The notes: generated by a model not told the origin, from the sequence alone. A stretch of 63,365 bases of DNA, filler included, from Saprolegnia diclina VS20 (GCF_000281045.1; 5 parts of 2 records of this genome joined end to end with filler, not necessarily neighbours in it); one strand, 5' to 3'; counted from the whole stretch's first letter, positions 24,402 through 36,569 are shown. Numbers and translations: made by a program.

Positions 24402-26017
24402 NNNNNNNNNNNNNNNNNNNNNNNNNNNNNNNNNNNNNNNNNNNNNNNNNNNNNNNNNNNNNNNNNNNNNNNNNNNNNNNNNNNNNNNNNNNNNNNNNNN
24501 NNNNNNNNNNNNNNNNNNNNNNNNNNNNNNNNNNNNNNNNNNNNNNNNNNNNNNNNNNNNNNNNNNNNNNNNNNNNNNNNNNNNNNNNNNNNNNNNNNNN
24601 NNNNNNNNNNNNNNNNNNNNNNNNNNNNNNNNNNNNNNNNNNNNNNNNNNNNNNNNNNNNNNNNNNNNNNNNNNNNNNNNNNNNNNNNNNNNNNNNNNNN
24701 NNNNNNNNNNNNNNNNNNNNNNNNNNNNNNNNNNNNNNNNNNNNNNNNNNNNNNNNNNNNNNNNNNNNNNNNNNNNNNNNNNNNNNNNNNNNNNNNNNNN
24801 NNNNNNNNNNNNNNNNNNNNNNNNNNNNNNNNNNNNNNNNNNNNNNNNNNNNNNNNNNNNNNNNNNNNNNNNNNNNNNNNNNNNNNNNNNNNNNNNNNNN
24901 NNNNNNNNNNNNNNNNNNNNNNNNNNNNNNNNNNNNNNNNNNNNNNNNNNNNNNNNNNNNNNNNNNNNNNNNNNNNNNNNNNNNNNNNNNNNNNNNNNNN
25001 NNNNNNNNNNNNNNNNNNNNNNNNNNNNNNNNNNNNNNNNNNNNNNNNNNNNNNNNNNNNNNNNNNNNNNNNNNNNNNNNNNNNNNNNNNNNNNNNNNNN
25101 NNNNNNNNNNNNNNNNNNNNNNNNNNNNNNNNNNNNNNNNNNNNNNNNNNNNNNNNNNNNNNNNNNNNNNNNNNNNNNNNNNNNNNNNNNNNNNNNNNNN
25201 NNNNNNNNNNNNNNNNNNNNNNNNNNNNNNNNNNNNNNNNNNCTTTCTTAGCCGCTTCAGTGTTCGCATCATGTGAGCACTCGGGTCCAATACTGCATAG
25301 CAGGACGCTTCACGCACCACAGCTTGCTGCAGCATCGCGGAATGATCAACATTGCAGGATGGATAACACGCATGAGGTGGATGAAAGAAACGCTACACGG
25401 ATTTGCAGGCCAGCACTTCTACTGTGACAGGCGCGGTCGCTGCACACGCGCTTCGCCTGGAGGCGCAGTGGCGGTCGCGGTCGACGCCTCTGCTCCGCGG
25501 CGATCTTCCGCTACAGCTCCTTGGCCGTCTCAATCGCAGTCGCTCCGGCCAGGGCGCGTGCAGCTTGGCGCTTGCGCTCGGATCTTCTGCTCTGCGCTTG
25601 GCGCGCAATGAAAACCTGCAAAGCGAATGTATCATCCGGATAGAGCTCCGCCGCGTTGCCCCGCCATGTCAATCAATCCATCAACCGTAAAGTCTAACAA
25701 CACGCAACTTGTATCCAGATGGCAAATTTGACCTTATCAGTGATCTTGTTGAGCGCGAAAGGTGGTATTGTATCAATGTATCTGTCCGATGGACCGCAAA
25801 CCCAATCATCATACGACCGCAACCGCAATGCTTGCTGATCAAGTACTTGTTGACGCTGTATGTACGAGCCATTTCCATCGTGTTGCAAGTTACAGGGTGG
25901 AGCTCTCCGAGCGTGACTTTGAGCGATCTCACAGCAGCGGTGTGCGCGCCGCGTCGTCACTACAGTCAGCACTACGCTGTCACTTGTCGAATAAAAACCA
26001 TGGAAATAGTGTACACA

Positions 26018-26973
26018 TTACGCAGGACTACGTACTTCGAGGTGCGAATGCGACGTGGTGAACCACGGAATTAGGACGCTCGTGCGCTGCTTGTACTGCT
26101 GGTACGATGGCTCAGCGCCCCACTTTGCATCCGCCTTGGCTTCCAGAATCGGAATACCGCTCACAAAGACGAGGAGCGTCGCCACGAGCGCCGGCGAGAA
26201 GCACGCAACCACAATGTACCCGGGCGTCGTCAGCTGCGCCGCCGAGACGACCGTGAGGCCGATCCAGAGCAAGATTTCGCCAAAGTAATTCGGGTGGCGA
26301 CTGTAGTACCAGAGACCGACGTTGATGAAGGCGTTGCGGTTCGCTGTGTCCTTCTTGAATGCAGTCTTTTGCGCATCCGCCACGACTTCGGTGCCAAAGC
26401 CAATCAGCCAGAGCGCCAAGCCTACGTTCTGTGAGTGATTGGATAGAAAGGAAGAGATGTACCAATGACGTCGGCGGCGCACACGCCGGCTTGCGGTCCG
26501 GCGTGCGTGTGCAGGAGCAGCACCGGCAGCATCGTCGCAAATGCCCAGAGACCCTGCAGTGTCCAAACCGAGAAAAACTTGAGCGGCGCGGTGCGAATGT
26601 CGTCGAACCGGTTGTCCGAGCCGGCGCCGTGGATGCGCAAAAAGAGAAACGACCCGAGGCGCGTCGCCCAGAGCAGCGAGACGACAGAGAGCGTGAGCGA
26701 CCGCCAGTACGCGTTGGCGTCGCGCTCGTTGGCCAAGTGGATGGCTGCTGCCAAGATCGAGAGCGAGGCAAAGGTCGTGGCGCCAAAGAGATCAAAGAAC
26801 TTTTCCGTCTGGCACGGAATCGCGTGGAAGAGCGACGCCGCCCAGTTGATGCCCATGGCCACGACCGCGTACAGCAGGAGGTCTGTCGGGAGGGCAATCG
26901 CGAGCGTGATACCTGTCGCGAGGACAAAGCCGCCGCCGTCCTGGAGCACACCGAGCACGCCCGGCGTCGCCAT
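26018..26973 (-). CDS. DUF1295 / steroid 5-alpha-reductase-like membrane protein (intron 26422-26462)
   Basis: GLWYYSRHPNYFGE, DxRFD, ADAQK and SGIPILE motifs. A 41-nt GT-AG intron joins IG|LAL. Confidence 0.9.
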
Positions 26974-27711
26974 TTTGAGATTGCACAGGATCCGAAACAA
27001 CGGCCAACGGACTTCGGCGGATCTCGGCCACCAGCTGGTTGGTAGAGTGATGGTCAAAGAACACTATTTCGGATTTGGTAGACAGGCGAATGTTGAGTGC
27101 CACGGTGGTTCGCACGCTTCGATTGCCGATGGCCTGTCTTGGCATGCGCTTTGAGCGGCGTCAATGGACCGAGTGGGTACGCTCGTACCTTGCGTTGACC
27201 TTCCGTGAACAAGACATGGTGGCGAAGAAAGCTATGGAACAAATGGTCAGGGACGTCGGTGGATGGCAGAGCCTCTTCACAACCGTCGCCAAGGCTGCTG
27301 ACGTCAAATTCACTTCAAGTGCAGCGCTCTACTGGGCATAGACTCGCAGCCATTCCTTTGTTTGTTCGTCAGGTCGGCAGTCGTCTCGTCAGGTCGGAAA
27401 TGCGCGACCGACTACGGTACACTCGTTGTACCGGTACGCTTCCTGTGCTGGATTCAGCCCGCTTGCGCTATCCACAGGCTTGAGAACAGAGCTAATGCTT
27501 GCGTGTGGACTTGCATCGATGACGAAACGCTGCATGTAGCGCAACCCAACGTCATCGGGCGTCAAACGACGTCAGCATACTATTTCCGTTGAATGACCTG
27601 CACTCTGTTTACGTAGAAAGGCTGGTCTGGATCCGGGACTTCGCGGAGCTTCGTGGCCGCCTCACGTCAACGGCAATGTCGTGTTGACATGGTAGCCCAT
27701 CATTTGTCAAG

Positions 27712-28620
27712 ATGAGTCTCTTGCGCCAAGGCGCCGGTGCCATCGTCGCCACGGCCATCGCCGCCGCCGTCGCGCTTCCGACCGGGCTCGGGCTCTACGC
27801 TGCAGTGGCCTTTGGCATCAACTGGACCGTCGTGCTTCTTCAGGCGATCCCGATGCAGTCCGAGACGTTCTTTGACCTCACGGGCACGCTCACGTTTGTG
27901 ATTGTCTCAGTTGTCGCCTGCGTCGTCCACGCCAACGCCGAGTCGTCACCGGTCGCGCTCGCCCGTGCCACGCTGGCGTCGGGCCTCGTGCTCATCTGGT
28001 CGCTGCGCCTTGGCTTGTTCCTCTTTTTGCGCATCCACCGCACTGGCACCGACGACCGCTTCGACGTGCTCAAGACCAAGCCAGTCCGGTTCTTCTCGGT
28101 CTGGACGCTTCAAGGTCTCTGGGGCTTTGTCACGCTGCTGCCGACGCTGCTCTTGCATACGTCGGCGGTCGCGCAGTCGGCGTACGTGCAGACCTCGGAC
28201 GTTGTCGGCATCACACTCTGGATCATCGGGTTTGGCATTGAAGTGGTTGCCGATATGCAAAAGAATGCGTTCCGGGACGAGTACACTGGCAGTGCCAAGT
28301 TTATCTCGACGGGCCTCTGGCGCTACAGCCGCCATCCTAATTACTTCGGCGAAATTCTGCTCTGGATCGGCCTGACGCTCTTTTGCGGCGCCCAGCTTGC
28401 GTCGACGGGCGATGTGCTCGTGGCCTGCTTGAGCCCGCTCCTCGTGACGCTGCTTTTGACGAAGATGAGCGGCATCCCGCTACTCGAAGCCAAGGCCGAC
28501 GCCAAGTGGGGCGCGTCGCCGGCGTACCAGCACTACAAGCGCTCGACCAACGTGCTTATTCCGTGGTTCCCGTCGTCGGCGACTGCGACCGAGAAGACAC
28601 CACTCACGTCCAGCAAGTAA
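27712..28620 (+). CDS. DUF1295 / steroid 5-alpha-reductase-like paralog, intronless
   Basis: GLWRYSRHPNYFGE and SGIPLLE motifs. Colinear with the divergent paralog. Confidence 0.92.
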   Translation: MSLLRQGAGAIVATAIAAAVALPTGLGLYAAVAFGINWTVVLLQAIPMQSETFFDLTGTLTFVIVSVVACVVHANAESSPVALARATLASGLVLIWSLRLGLFLFLRIHRTGTDDRFDVLKTKPVRFFSVWTLQGLWGFVTLLPTLLLHTSAVAQSAYVQTSDVVGITLWIIGFGIEVVADMQKNAFRDEYTGSAKFISTGLWRYSRHPNYFGEILLWIGLTLFCGAQLASTGDVLVACLSPLLVTLLLTKMSGIPLLEAKADAKWGASPAYQHYKRSTNVLIPWFPSSATATEKTPLTSSK

Positions 28621-28875
28621 TGCCGTTGTCGACTGCTTCACATCTCGGCCACGACGACTGGTGATGGACATTCTGTGTTTGATAGCCAGGCGTATTTGGC
28701 ACCCCGTGTCACTAGTTAGATAGTCTATTCCTATTGTACAATAGACTTACTATGTATATCAATCATGCTGCAACATCGGCGCCACTCAGCAATTTGACAA
28801 AAATGTATAATGGGTTCAAAAATGGAGGTATATTGATTGATACAAAGGTCATAACTGGTTAAAGGGAATGTAGCT

Positions 28876-30558
28876 TCACCACAAGCCATCGGTGGTGTCG
28901 TCCGTGTCGCCGAGCTTGCGGGCGGACGGTTGCCGGTACGCGCCGTAAACACCAACGTTGACGTCTGGCGCCGGGCTCTTGTTCATGGACGGCGTCGGCG
29001 ACGTTGACCGGTCACCGTCGCCACACCACGTGTAGGTCGCACCGTACGCCAGTTGACTCGTGCACTGTGCTTTTGTCCACCCGCCCATGCAGGAGCGGAC
29101 TCCGTTGCCAAGGTCGGCGTTGCAGTTGTTGCAGGTTTGCGCAATGCAAAAGCCCGTCGAGCAGGCGCACGACGCCAAGTTCAGTGCCGGTGCCGATGTC
29201 GCTGGCTTGACGCTGCCGTACGGAACCGGCGTCGATGCTGGCTTTGGGACATCGGTGATCGGCGACCGAGTGCCGTAGGGCGATTGCGTCGTCGGCGTGG
29301 CGGAGTGCTTGGGTGCGTTCGTAGCGGAGCTCGTCGTCGCATACGGTGCCGACGTTGCAGGTTTCGGTGCGCTTGTTGTTGATTTCGGTGCTCCGGTGGC
29401 AGGCGCCTGCGTCCTGTATGGCGCCGGTGTTGATGACTTTGGCGCGACCGTTGTAGTCTTCGGTGCAGGGGTAGCAGGCACTGGTGTGGTGTAGGGACCT
29501 GGCGTCGTCGTCTTTGGAGTTACCGTCGTTGCCATCGGTACGGCTGTAGTGGTCGTCGGTGCAATCGTTGGGGACACTGGTGTTCCATACGGTGCCGGCG
29601 TCGAGGACTTTGGCGCCGATGTCGTCGCCTTCGGTGCACTGGTAGTAGACACTGGCGTACTGTACGGGGTCATCGTTGTTGGCTTGGGAGCCAGTGTCGA
29701 TGTCTTTGGGACTGCTGCCGTGGTCTTGGGAGTATTTGTCGGTGCAACAGTCGTTAGTTTGGGAGCCGGTGTCGTTGCCTTCGGTGCGCTGGTTGCTGGC
29801 ACAAGTGTTCCATACGGTACCGCCGTCGTTGCCTTGGGTGCCAGCGTCGACGGCTTCGGTGCGACGGTCGTTGACACCGGTGTGCTGTACGGAGCCACTG
29901 TCGTCGACTGTGGGGCTACCGTCGATGTCTTCGGGACTGCTGTCGTGGGAGCATTAGTAGCTGGCGCTGGCGTTCCATACGGAGCTTGGGTCGAGGGCTT
30001 GGGAGCTGCTGTCGTCGGCGCGGGAGCAACCGTTGTCACCGCGGGAGCAACCGTTGTAGTCTTGGGAGCCACCGTTGTAGCCTTGGGAGCCACCGTTGTA
30101 GCCTTCGGTGCATTAGTCGCCGGCACGGGCGTTCCATACGGAGCTTGGGTCGAGGGCTTGGGAGCTGCTGTCGTCGGCGCGGGAGCAACCGTTGTCACCG
30201 CAGGAGCAACCGTCGTGGTCTTGGGAGCAACCGTTGTAGCCTTGGGAGCCACCGTTGTAGCCTTCGGTGCATTAGTCGCCGGCACGGGCGTTCCATACGG
30301 AGCTTGGGTCGAGGGCTTGGAAACCGCTGTTGTCGGCGCTGGAGCAACCGTTGTGGTCTTTGGAGTAGCCGTAGTGCCATACGGAGCCGGGATCGACGGT
30401 TTTAGAGTCGACGGCTTCGGGACAGGTGTCACTGGGACCGACGTACTGTACGGGGCTTGTGTTGACGGCTTTGGGACAACTGTGGTAGCTTTTGGGGCTT
30501 GTGTCGAGGTCGCTGGTGTCAACGTCGTAGCCTTGGGCGCAACAGTGGTTGCCTTCGG
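28876..30558 (-). CDS. Mucin-like Thr/Pro/Ala-rich protein with C-terminal 8-Cys module (5'-partial)
   Basis: Tandem TTVAPK / PYGT repeats with near-perfect 159-bp units at about 29945-30320. C-terminal CAC...C...CNNC...C.GGW...QC...TWCG module. Confidence 0.85.
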   Translation of the reverse strand, partial: PKATTVAPKATTLTPATSTQAPKATTVVPKPSTQAPYSTSVPVTPVPKPSTLKPSIPAPYGTTATPKTTTVAPAPTTAVSKPSTQAPYGTPVPATNAPKATTVAPKATTVAPKTTTVAPAVTTVAPAPTTAAPKPSTQAPYGTPVPATNAPKATTVAPKATTVAPKTTTVAPAVTTVAPAPTTAAPKPSTQAPYGTPAPATNAPTTAVPKTSTVAPQSTTVAPYSTPVSTTVAPKPSTLAPKATTAVPYGTLVPATSAPKATTPAPKLTTVAPTNTPKTTAAVPKTSTLAPKPTTMTPYSTPVSTTSAPKATTSAPKSSTPAPYGTPVSPTIAPTTTTAVPMATTVTPKTTTPGPYTTPVPATPAPKTTTVAPKSSTPAPYRTQAPATGAPKSTTSAPKPATSAPYATTSSATNAPKHSATPTTQSPYGTRSPITDVPKPASTPVPYGSVKPATSAPALNLASCACSTGFCIAQTCNNCNADLGNGVRSCMGGWTKAQCTSQLAYGATYTWCGDGDRSTSPTPSMNKSPAPDVNVGVYGAYRQPSARKLGDTDDTTDGLW

Positions 30559-30658
30559 NNNNNNNNNNNNNNNNNNNNNNNNNNNNNNNNNNNNNNNNNN
30601 NNTTAATTAATTAANNNNNNNNNNNNNNNNNNNNNNNNNNNNNNNNNNNNNNNNNNNN
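30559..30658. other. Artificial contig-join linker
   Basis: N44-TTAATTAATTAA-N44. Confidence 0.97.
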
Positions 30659-33600
30659 AATAATAATAATAATAATCTATCATGTACTCTGGAGTTCCAC
30701 CGGGTAGCGACCGCGAGCAAATGATGGCATCAACATGTGAGGCATTGGCGCATTGTTTATCGCGTCAATGTCGTCGTCACCGAAGACATCGTCAGCTTTA
30801 TTCAACGTTAGCGTCAGCTCGTTATCCGCGACTACTTTATTCGCGTAGTCCTCGCCCATGTAGACGTCGTCCAAGTCGTCGTTCTCAGCGTTGTCGTCGG
30901 CGCACGAAGCGATTTCGAGCTCAGGCTTATCGTTGCTTGCTGGGGTGCGGCGAGGCAGCGTACAGCTAAAGGGGCAACATCGCTCAGAATTGGATTCTGA
31001 GCCAAAATCACGTCCCCTCTCCGGGTCCGGCTCCAGATCGGATACGACATGTTGGTGCCGTTTGGCAGTACGCTTCCCGGGTTAACGTGTGTCGACGTGG
31101 TGACAGCGCGTGCGTAGGATGAGTTCGCGATGGTGGCAATCGACGCGACGCTGGCAGCAACAATTGCTCCTCGCTTTTGCGGTGCCTTGGGCTTTGCTTT
31201 TGGCGTCACAGGAGGCTTCGTAACCTACGAAAATTGCCGGCGGCTTGAGCGGCATTGAGTGACACGTCAACTCGAGTTGTTAAAGCGGCTCCCACACTTT
31301 GGGCGGCACTTTTAACTTACGCCCACAGTACCTCATTCAGGCGAGGCTGTTCGCGCACCTTGGTATTGGGGATTGCGAGAAGGCTTGCGCTGGTATGCTT
31401 AAGAGTTCCGAAGCTGTCGATGAAGTGGTTTCTTTCTCTCCTCCAACGCTCGCGTCCTAGCATTTCGCGCTCCTGACGCTTGTTGGCCTTTCTCGTCGTG
31501 ATTCGCTACAGAGATAATGGGGCACCACAAATAGCGACAGTTTCTAGTGAAAAAGAAAGCAGCGTGTCAGCCAATCGTACCCGCGCAACGTTTATTCGAT
31601 TTTAAAAAACTTCAGCAATACTACTAAAGCTCTTGCACTCAACCTACCACCACTCTTGACGAATCTAAGCGACAATTTCTCGACACATCATACGGCCAAA
31701 TCACAGCGTACGTTTATAGAACGTATTGCGAATTCGCAAAACCTCGATTGCATTTTCATTTATGCTTCTTGTTACAAGGATTGCAAAATCTTTTTTGGTT
31801 TCCCCATGTACGCAGAATTCAGGATTATTGGGACAGCACATAGATGGTCCTGCGCGTTTTTATACGCCTCATGACGTCGCCAACAGCGGCTCCTTATTAG
31901 CGTGAAACGTAGCAAGCGCTTAGTGAGGGCACTCGTCGTGGAGATATGCAATCAACGCGAGGGTGTTTGGCACCCAACGTCAAGATTGATCTTGGGCGAC
32001 GGGCACCCAACGTTAGAATTGCCGTAGGTCTCGGCCATGCGTGCAACCGGTACAGTGTTGTGAATCGTCTTCCTGTCAAGGCTCTAGACATCGTTGCCGC
32101 CGAGCTGCAGCGCTAGCGGGGGGTCAATGTCGTCATGACCGAGAAAGTAGTCCAGGTTGTCCTTCTGGAGCAGATGCTACGGCGGTACAGGCATGGCGTC
32201 GTGGGCGCACGCAAGTTTCATGCGTCGGTACCGTCTGATCGACGACTATCTCGGTGTACAAGAGCGTCTTGCGTGTGATCTGGCGCATTATGAAGCGGTA
32301 GTCCAGTCCTTCTAGCACGATAAGATGAGGCAAGTACGCTAGGCATAGGGTATCCGCGGGTCGCACCATGGGGGCCACAGAGAGCCGCGTCGGAGCATAG
32401 ATCGATGCCATTCGTCTCAAGAGCATGAAATGCACGTGTTCCGGACAAAACAATCGCACTCTAACGTTCCTCGCCGCTACTGAATCTAGGCTGACTGGAG
32501 CGATATCTTCTCCATGTCGCACTGACGGGTTTGCTGCGCACTTGGACGCCGTAAGTACTGAATGTGCGCTAGCTCTCTGCTAATAACACCACTTGACGAT
32601 TGAGTCTGCTTCACCTCCGGTCGTTCCGTGAAAAAGGGCGTGCATCGAAGGAGAGTGTACATAGAGCTTTTCATTACCGAGAATAGGATTCCCGCGTATA
32701 TTCATTGGTCGCTCTGGCTTACTCGGTTCTGTGCAATTAATGTTCTAAATGCTGTGTTACAAAATTGTCTGTTTACGCGTGACAGACCTCGCCTACACGA
32801 CTAGCAGGATAAATGATCGCTTCTCGAGGCCGTTCAGAGGACATAGCATGGCATTTTCATTTTTGCATCGGCCGCCGCTGTGCAATACTACACTTATATT
32901 GTTGCTTGACAGCTTTTTCGAACACAAGAAATCGACCGAGTCACTAACTTCGGTTGGCTTGCTCTAACTAGAGCAGCAAGCAACTTAAGGCGATAACTGA
33001 ACAAGCAATTCTGACATACTATTAGATACTGGATAAATGGAACTTGCTATCCTAGCGTGTGTTTGCTCTCAGCCTTGCGCCTTGAGCTTTCCCGAATCTT
33101 TATGGTTTAAGAAATCGTGTTAGGAGAAGTTTGCTGAACGATGCCTTAAAGTAATGATAGCTCTTCCGTATCTTTAATATCACTTGTATTCGGTAATCCC
33201 GTCCGAACCGCCCTCAACTACTGACTCCTGTGTATTAGAGTGTAGTTCGTTCGTCGCTCTCTAATGGAATTCTGCCATCAGCCGTACATGCGTTGAATAC
33301 AATTAAATGGTCTCTGAGCTATGAAAATGTAGAAGTTGCTTTCAGATGCATACGCTTGTTTGGCTAAATGATGTCAGCTGTCAAGCGTTCGCTAATAAAT
33401 ATGTCATGTTACAATGTGTTCGCCGTGCGTCTATCGAAGGCATTCTTAGTTAGGGTTTAATTGGCCGCTAAGCGGTTCCAGTAGCGAAGCGAAACCTTCC
33501 ACGTGTTACGCATGTAGCGCACTTTACTGTCTTAAGATGAGGCGTTGTGAAACGCTGTAATCTACGTGCTCTGTTAAACGAAGGTTAACAAGATCTCCGC

Positions 33601-33735
33601 AGAGACTACGAGGCATCGCTTCCAAGTGATGGTGACCCTCGACAACTTGTCCCTTGTGCTCAATGCGACATTGATAATCTGTCGTGCTCACACGGCGGCC
33701 TACATATTTTTATCGCGGAGGACATTTTAGATCCT

Positions 33736-34032
33736 ATGCGCAACCATGTTCTCGAGATTGAGCTATTGTACGATTGCTTTTCTACGCACGCGAATATAGG
33801 GAGGGCTCTTCTCATGGTGCGCGCTTCGCGAGATCAATGCATTGATGCCACAATACTGACCGATGCGCAAGCTGGTAAGGTTGTTTCCATACCTTGCATC
33901 TGGATTATTAACAACGGTCGGCGCAACGCACTGCCATTGCAGCTTAAGCGTTTACAGCTCTCAATTTGTCCCGCATTAGTAATGACGATCAACAAGTCCC
34001 AATGTCCGACGGTCCTCTGCGTTTGTGTTTAG
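33736..34032 (+). mobile_element. Degenerate Helitron/PIF1-like helicase C-terminal fragment
   Basis: IDATILT..AGKVVSIPCI...LPLQLKRLQLSICPALVMTINKSQ resembles the Helitron consensus IEATILTG..G..VLIPRI...LPF.FKRLQFPVRLAFAMTINKSQG. Confidence 0.8.
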
Positions 34033-34129
34033 TTTCCGGAACTTGGTTTTGCTCCTATGAACTTCATCTCGCTCGGAGGTAGATAGCTCGTACAAAAATT
34101 GTATGTATTTTGAAGTTTTCATCACTCTG

Positions 34130-34860
34130 ATTTGCTGAAAGGTTTACGACAGATGCCCAGGCGAGGCAGTGTCGTGTCGTCCTCCCTCTCTCTGGAGACC
34201 ATGGTCTGCTGGACTGCACGCCTACTTGATTCATGCGAGATCTCAGGGACTCGCGTTGTACTTCCAGAACACGAAGACATCTTTACGATGGCTGATGAGG
34301 AAGGACTCTTCTTTGTATGTCTGCATTTCTGGATTGACGACCTTATAGACGCCCTGGGTCGCTTCGTTGCGATGTGCCAAAAGTGCATCCTTAAGCTTAA
34401 GTCCAATAAGTGTACGCTCTACTGACGGTGATCAAGTGCTTCGTTCGCTTGATCAGCAGTCAGGGCGTTCGTCATAATTCGCAGCGTATCACGTTGCCAT
34501 TGACCCAAGCAACGGCGGGCAGCTTCAACGGTTTGTCTGCACGACCAACTGGATGTCGATTGCGTCTCGGGTTCTGCGATTACGGCAATACCGCCTCAAC
34601 AGCGGCTGGAGTACGTTCCCGCGGGCAAGCCAACGCTCTAAAAGCGCGTAGATACGTCTGTTGTAGTTGAGCTCTCGAGAAGGCGGCATTGGACGCGGCC
34701 AAATTAGCTTTGACCAATGCAGCTCAGCTGGCGCATTTTGATCAGGATGCTGAGCACCTCATGTGATTCGACGCCTCGGGCGACGACTTCTCGATCACGC
34801 AGGTAGATAAGTTCAACGGTAGCGCGCCGTGTGGACGCTGCAGCACGAACTTCTTGACTG
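34130..34860 (+). mobile_element. Degenerate Ty3/gypsy RT-RNase H relic
   Basis: LKGLRQMP, WIDDLI, LKLKSNKCTLY, ISSQGVRHNSQRI and LAHFDQ...FDAS, with stops and deletions. Confidence 0.8.
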
Positions 34861-35033
34861 AGGCGTCGAGAAACATGAGCTTAGAGAAAACCCGTCTGAC
34901 CAAGTCCAAGAAGAAGGGACAAAGATGATGCCTGATGATATGATATGATATGGATTGAAATCTTTATACAGACTAAAGACTCCACCTACTAAGACTTACG
35001 TACTAGTTGTGTGTTGAACGTCGGCGGCCAAAA

Positions 35034-35133
35034 NNNNNNNNNNNNNNNNNNNNNNNNNNNNNNNNNNNNNNNNNNNNTTAATTAATTAANNNNNNNNNNN
35101 NNNNNNNNNNNNNNNNNNNNNNNNNNNNNNNNN
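35034..35133. other. Artificial contig-join linker
   Basis: N44-TTAATTAATTAA-N44. Confidence 0.97.
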
Positions 35134-35251
35134 TGCGTCTCTACGTTGTCGTTATCATAAATGGCTGCGCACTCACGACCTTATGTACGCCGGTGAAGTC
35201 TTGGTAGCATTGAGCATCACATTTCACCGCCCCTATGTTGGTCCAAACGTG
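35134..35251 (+). repeat. Left flank of insertion, duplicated at 40295-40413
   Basis: About 95 nt identical (tgcgtctctacg...catttcacc), then diverged up to ggtccaaaYgtg. Confidence 0.95.
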
Positions 35252-35294
35252 TCGTGTGATCACGACTCTGAGTGACTCGGAGCCGACTCAGGGC

Positions 35295-36004
35295 CTACTC
35301 AACGCTACAATGTTTGCGCTTCTTGGCCCGCGCATGCGTAGGATCAACCTCCGCTGTACCAAGTGTTTCAGCGATGTTGATGCCCGACTCGGTCTCATCG
35401 TTGTTGGCGTCGAGGTCGAACAAGTTGACGAGCGTCGCAGCAGCTTGCGAAGCAGACGTTGTCGACTCGAGGGCATCGGCCAGCGTGGCGTCGTCGGTCT
35501 CGGACCGAATGAACTCCTTGTTGAAGGCCAGAACAAGTAGCATCTCGAACTTGACGTCGCCGAGGTTCTGGCGCAACGGCGAGTCGATCAGCTTGCAAAG
35601 CGAGAAGACACGCTCCTGAAGAGGTAGCCATCCAAGGTTCCACTTTGCTTCCGGCCAACATTGCTGGCCTTCTCGGTACTGTTGCTGGCCGGCTTCTGTG
35701 GAGCAGCCTTGCGCACGCTGGCCTTGGGGACGAGGGACGGGTGTTTGTGCTTGAAATGGCGGAGCGTATTCGACGCACTCCCCTCGTAGAGGGCGACGAT
35801 ACAGTCGCTAAACTTACTCTTGTTGCTCAGGCACACGCGGCATACGTAGTCGTAAACGGCGGCTTTGTCGTTCTCGCTTGGCACACACTCGTACTTGCCG
35901 AAATGCTCCCAAACCCATGAGGTCCGGCCCTTGATCTCTTCGAGAATTGGAGCGTTGGCCGACACAGGAGCGTTGGAAACGTTGGAAGCGTTGATGGTCG
36001 CCAT
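35295..36004 (-). pseudogene. hAT transposase remnant: zf-BED joined out of frame to the C-terminal dimerisation region
   Basis: SWVWEHF...CRVC...SNTLRHFKHKH (BED) is followed directly by ERVFSLCKLIDSPLRQNL...FEMLLVL. The catalytic core is missing. Confidence 0.85.
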
Positions 36005-36134
36005 GGAACAAATTTGGTTGGGTCTTTGCTGAAGGCACACGCGTGCGTTCCCTCCTCAGCCATTCGTACACCCGACGATTGCCGTCCAGTGCACTCTGTA
36101 GAGAGTTGGCAAGGATCCATTCTGAAATCTCAAC

Positions 36135-36415
36135 TGTTGTGTCTATGACGCATCATGCGGCCTAGCGATGTCTTGCTTTTGTGGTGCCGCGCACCACAAA
36201 AGCAAGACATTTGGTTGGTGCCGCGCACCAACGACAACATGTCTTTGACTCGTTCCGTCTCTCTCGCCTCGTCGCTCTCGCCTCGTCTCTCTCGCCTCGT
36301 CTCCCTCGCCTCGTCCCCGTTCTGTATCTCTGCTCGCCTCGTCCCCGTTCTGTATCTCTGCTCGCCTCGTCCCCGTTCTGGTCCTGCGTGTCTTTTGTAT
36401 TGCGTGTCTACGACA
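36135..36415 (+). mobile_element. Probable 5' LTR of nested gypsy element
   Basis: TGTTGT...ACGACA termini and internal tandem ctcgcctcgtc x6, 155 nt upstream of the gag ATG. No second LTR is present to confirm it. Confidence 0.6.
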
Positions 36416-36569
36416 ATATTGACCAGATCATTCATAACTACATAATTCACTCTCCAATTTGCATCTCTGTGTTCAAGCCTCCTCTCAGGGCTTGGGACTC
36501 AACACGGCGGTGAAGCACAAAGAATTCTTTAGTTGCTGACAAGCAAGCCTCCCCCAACACTCCCCCAAG

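Noticed and set aside
1431..25335. Long ORFs in the track containing X runs
   Set aside because: Artefacts of translating through N gaps.
25243..25990. Short LRR-like and TPR-like (LGELHPVT) peptide fragments
   Set aside because: Too short and degenerate to support a call.
29549..30610. 353-aa Val/Gly/Ala-rich + strand ORF
   Set aside because: Antisense shadow of the Thr/Pro repeat gene.
36241..36385. Repeat ladders (also 61335-61399) as CRISPR arrays
   Set aside because: No unique spacers of constant length and no cas genes. The context is eukaryotic TE sequence.
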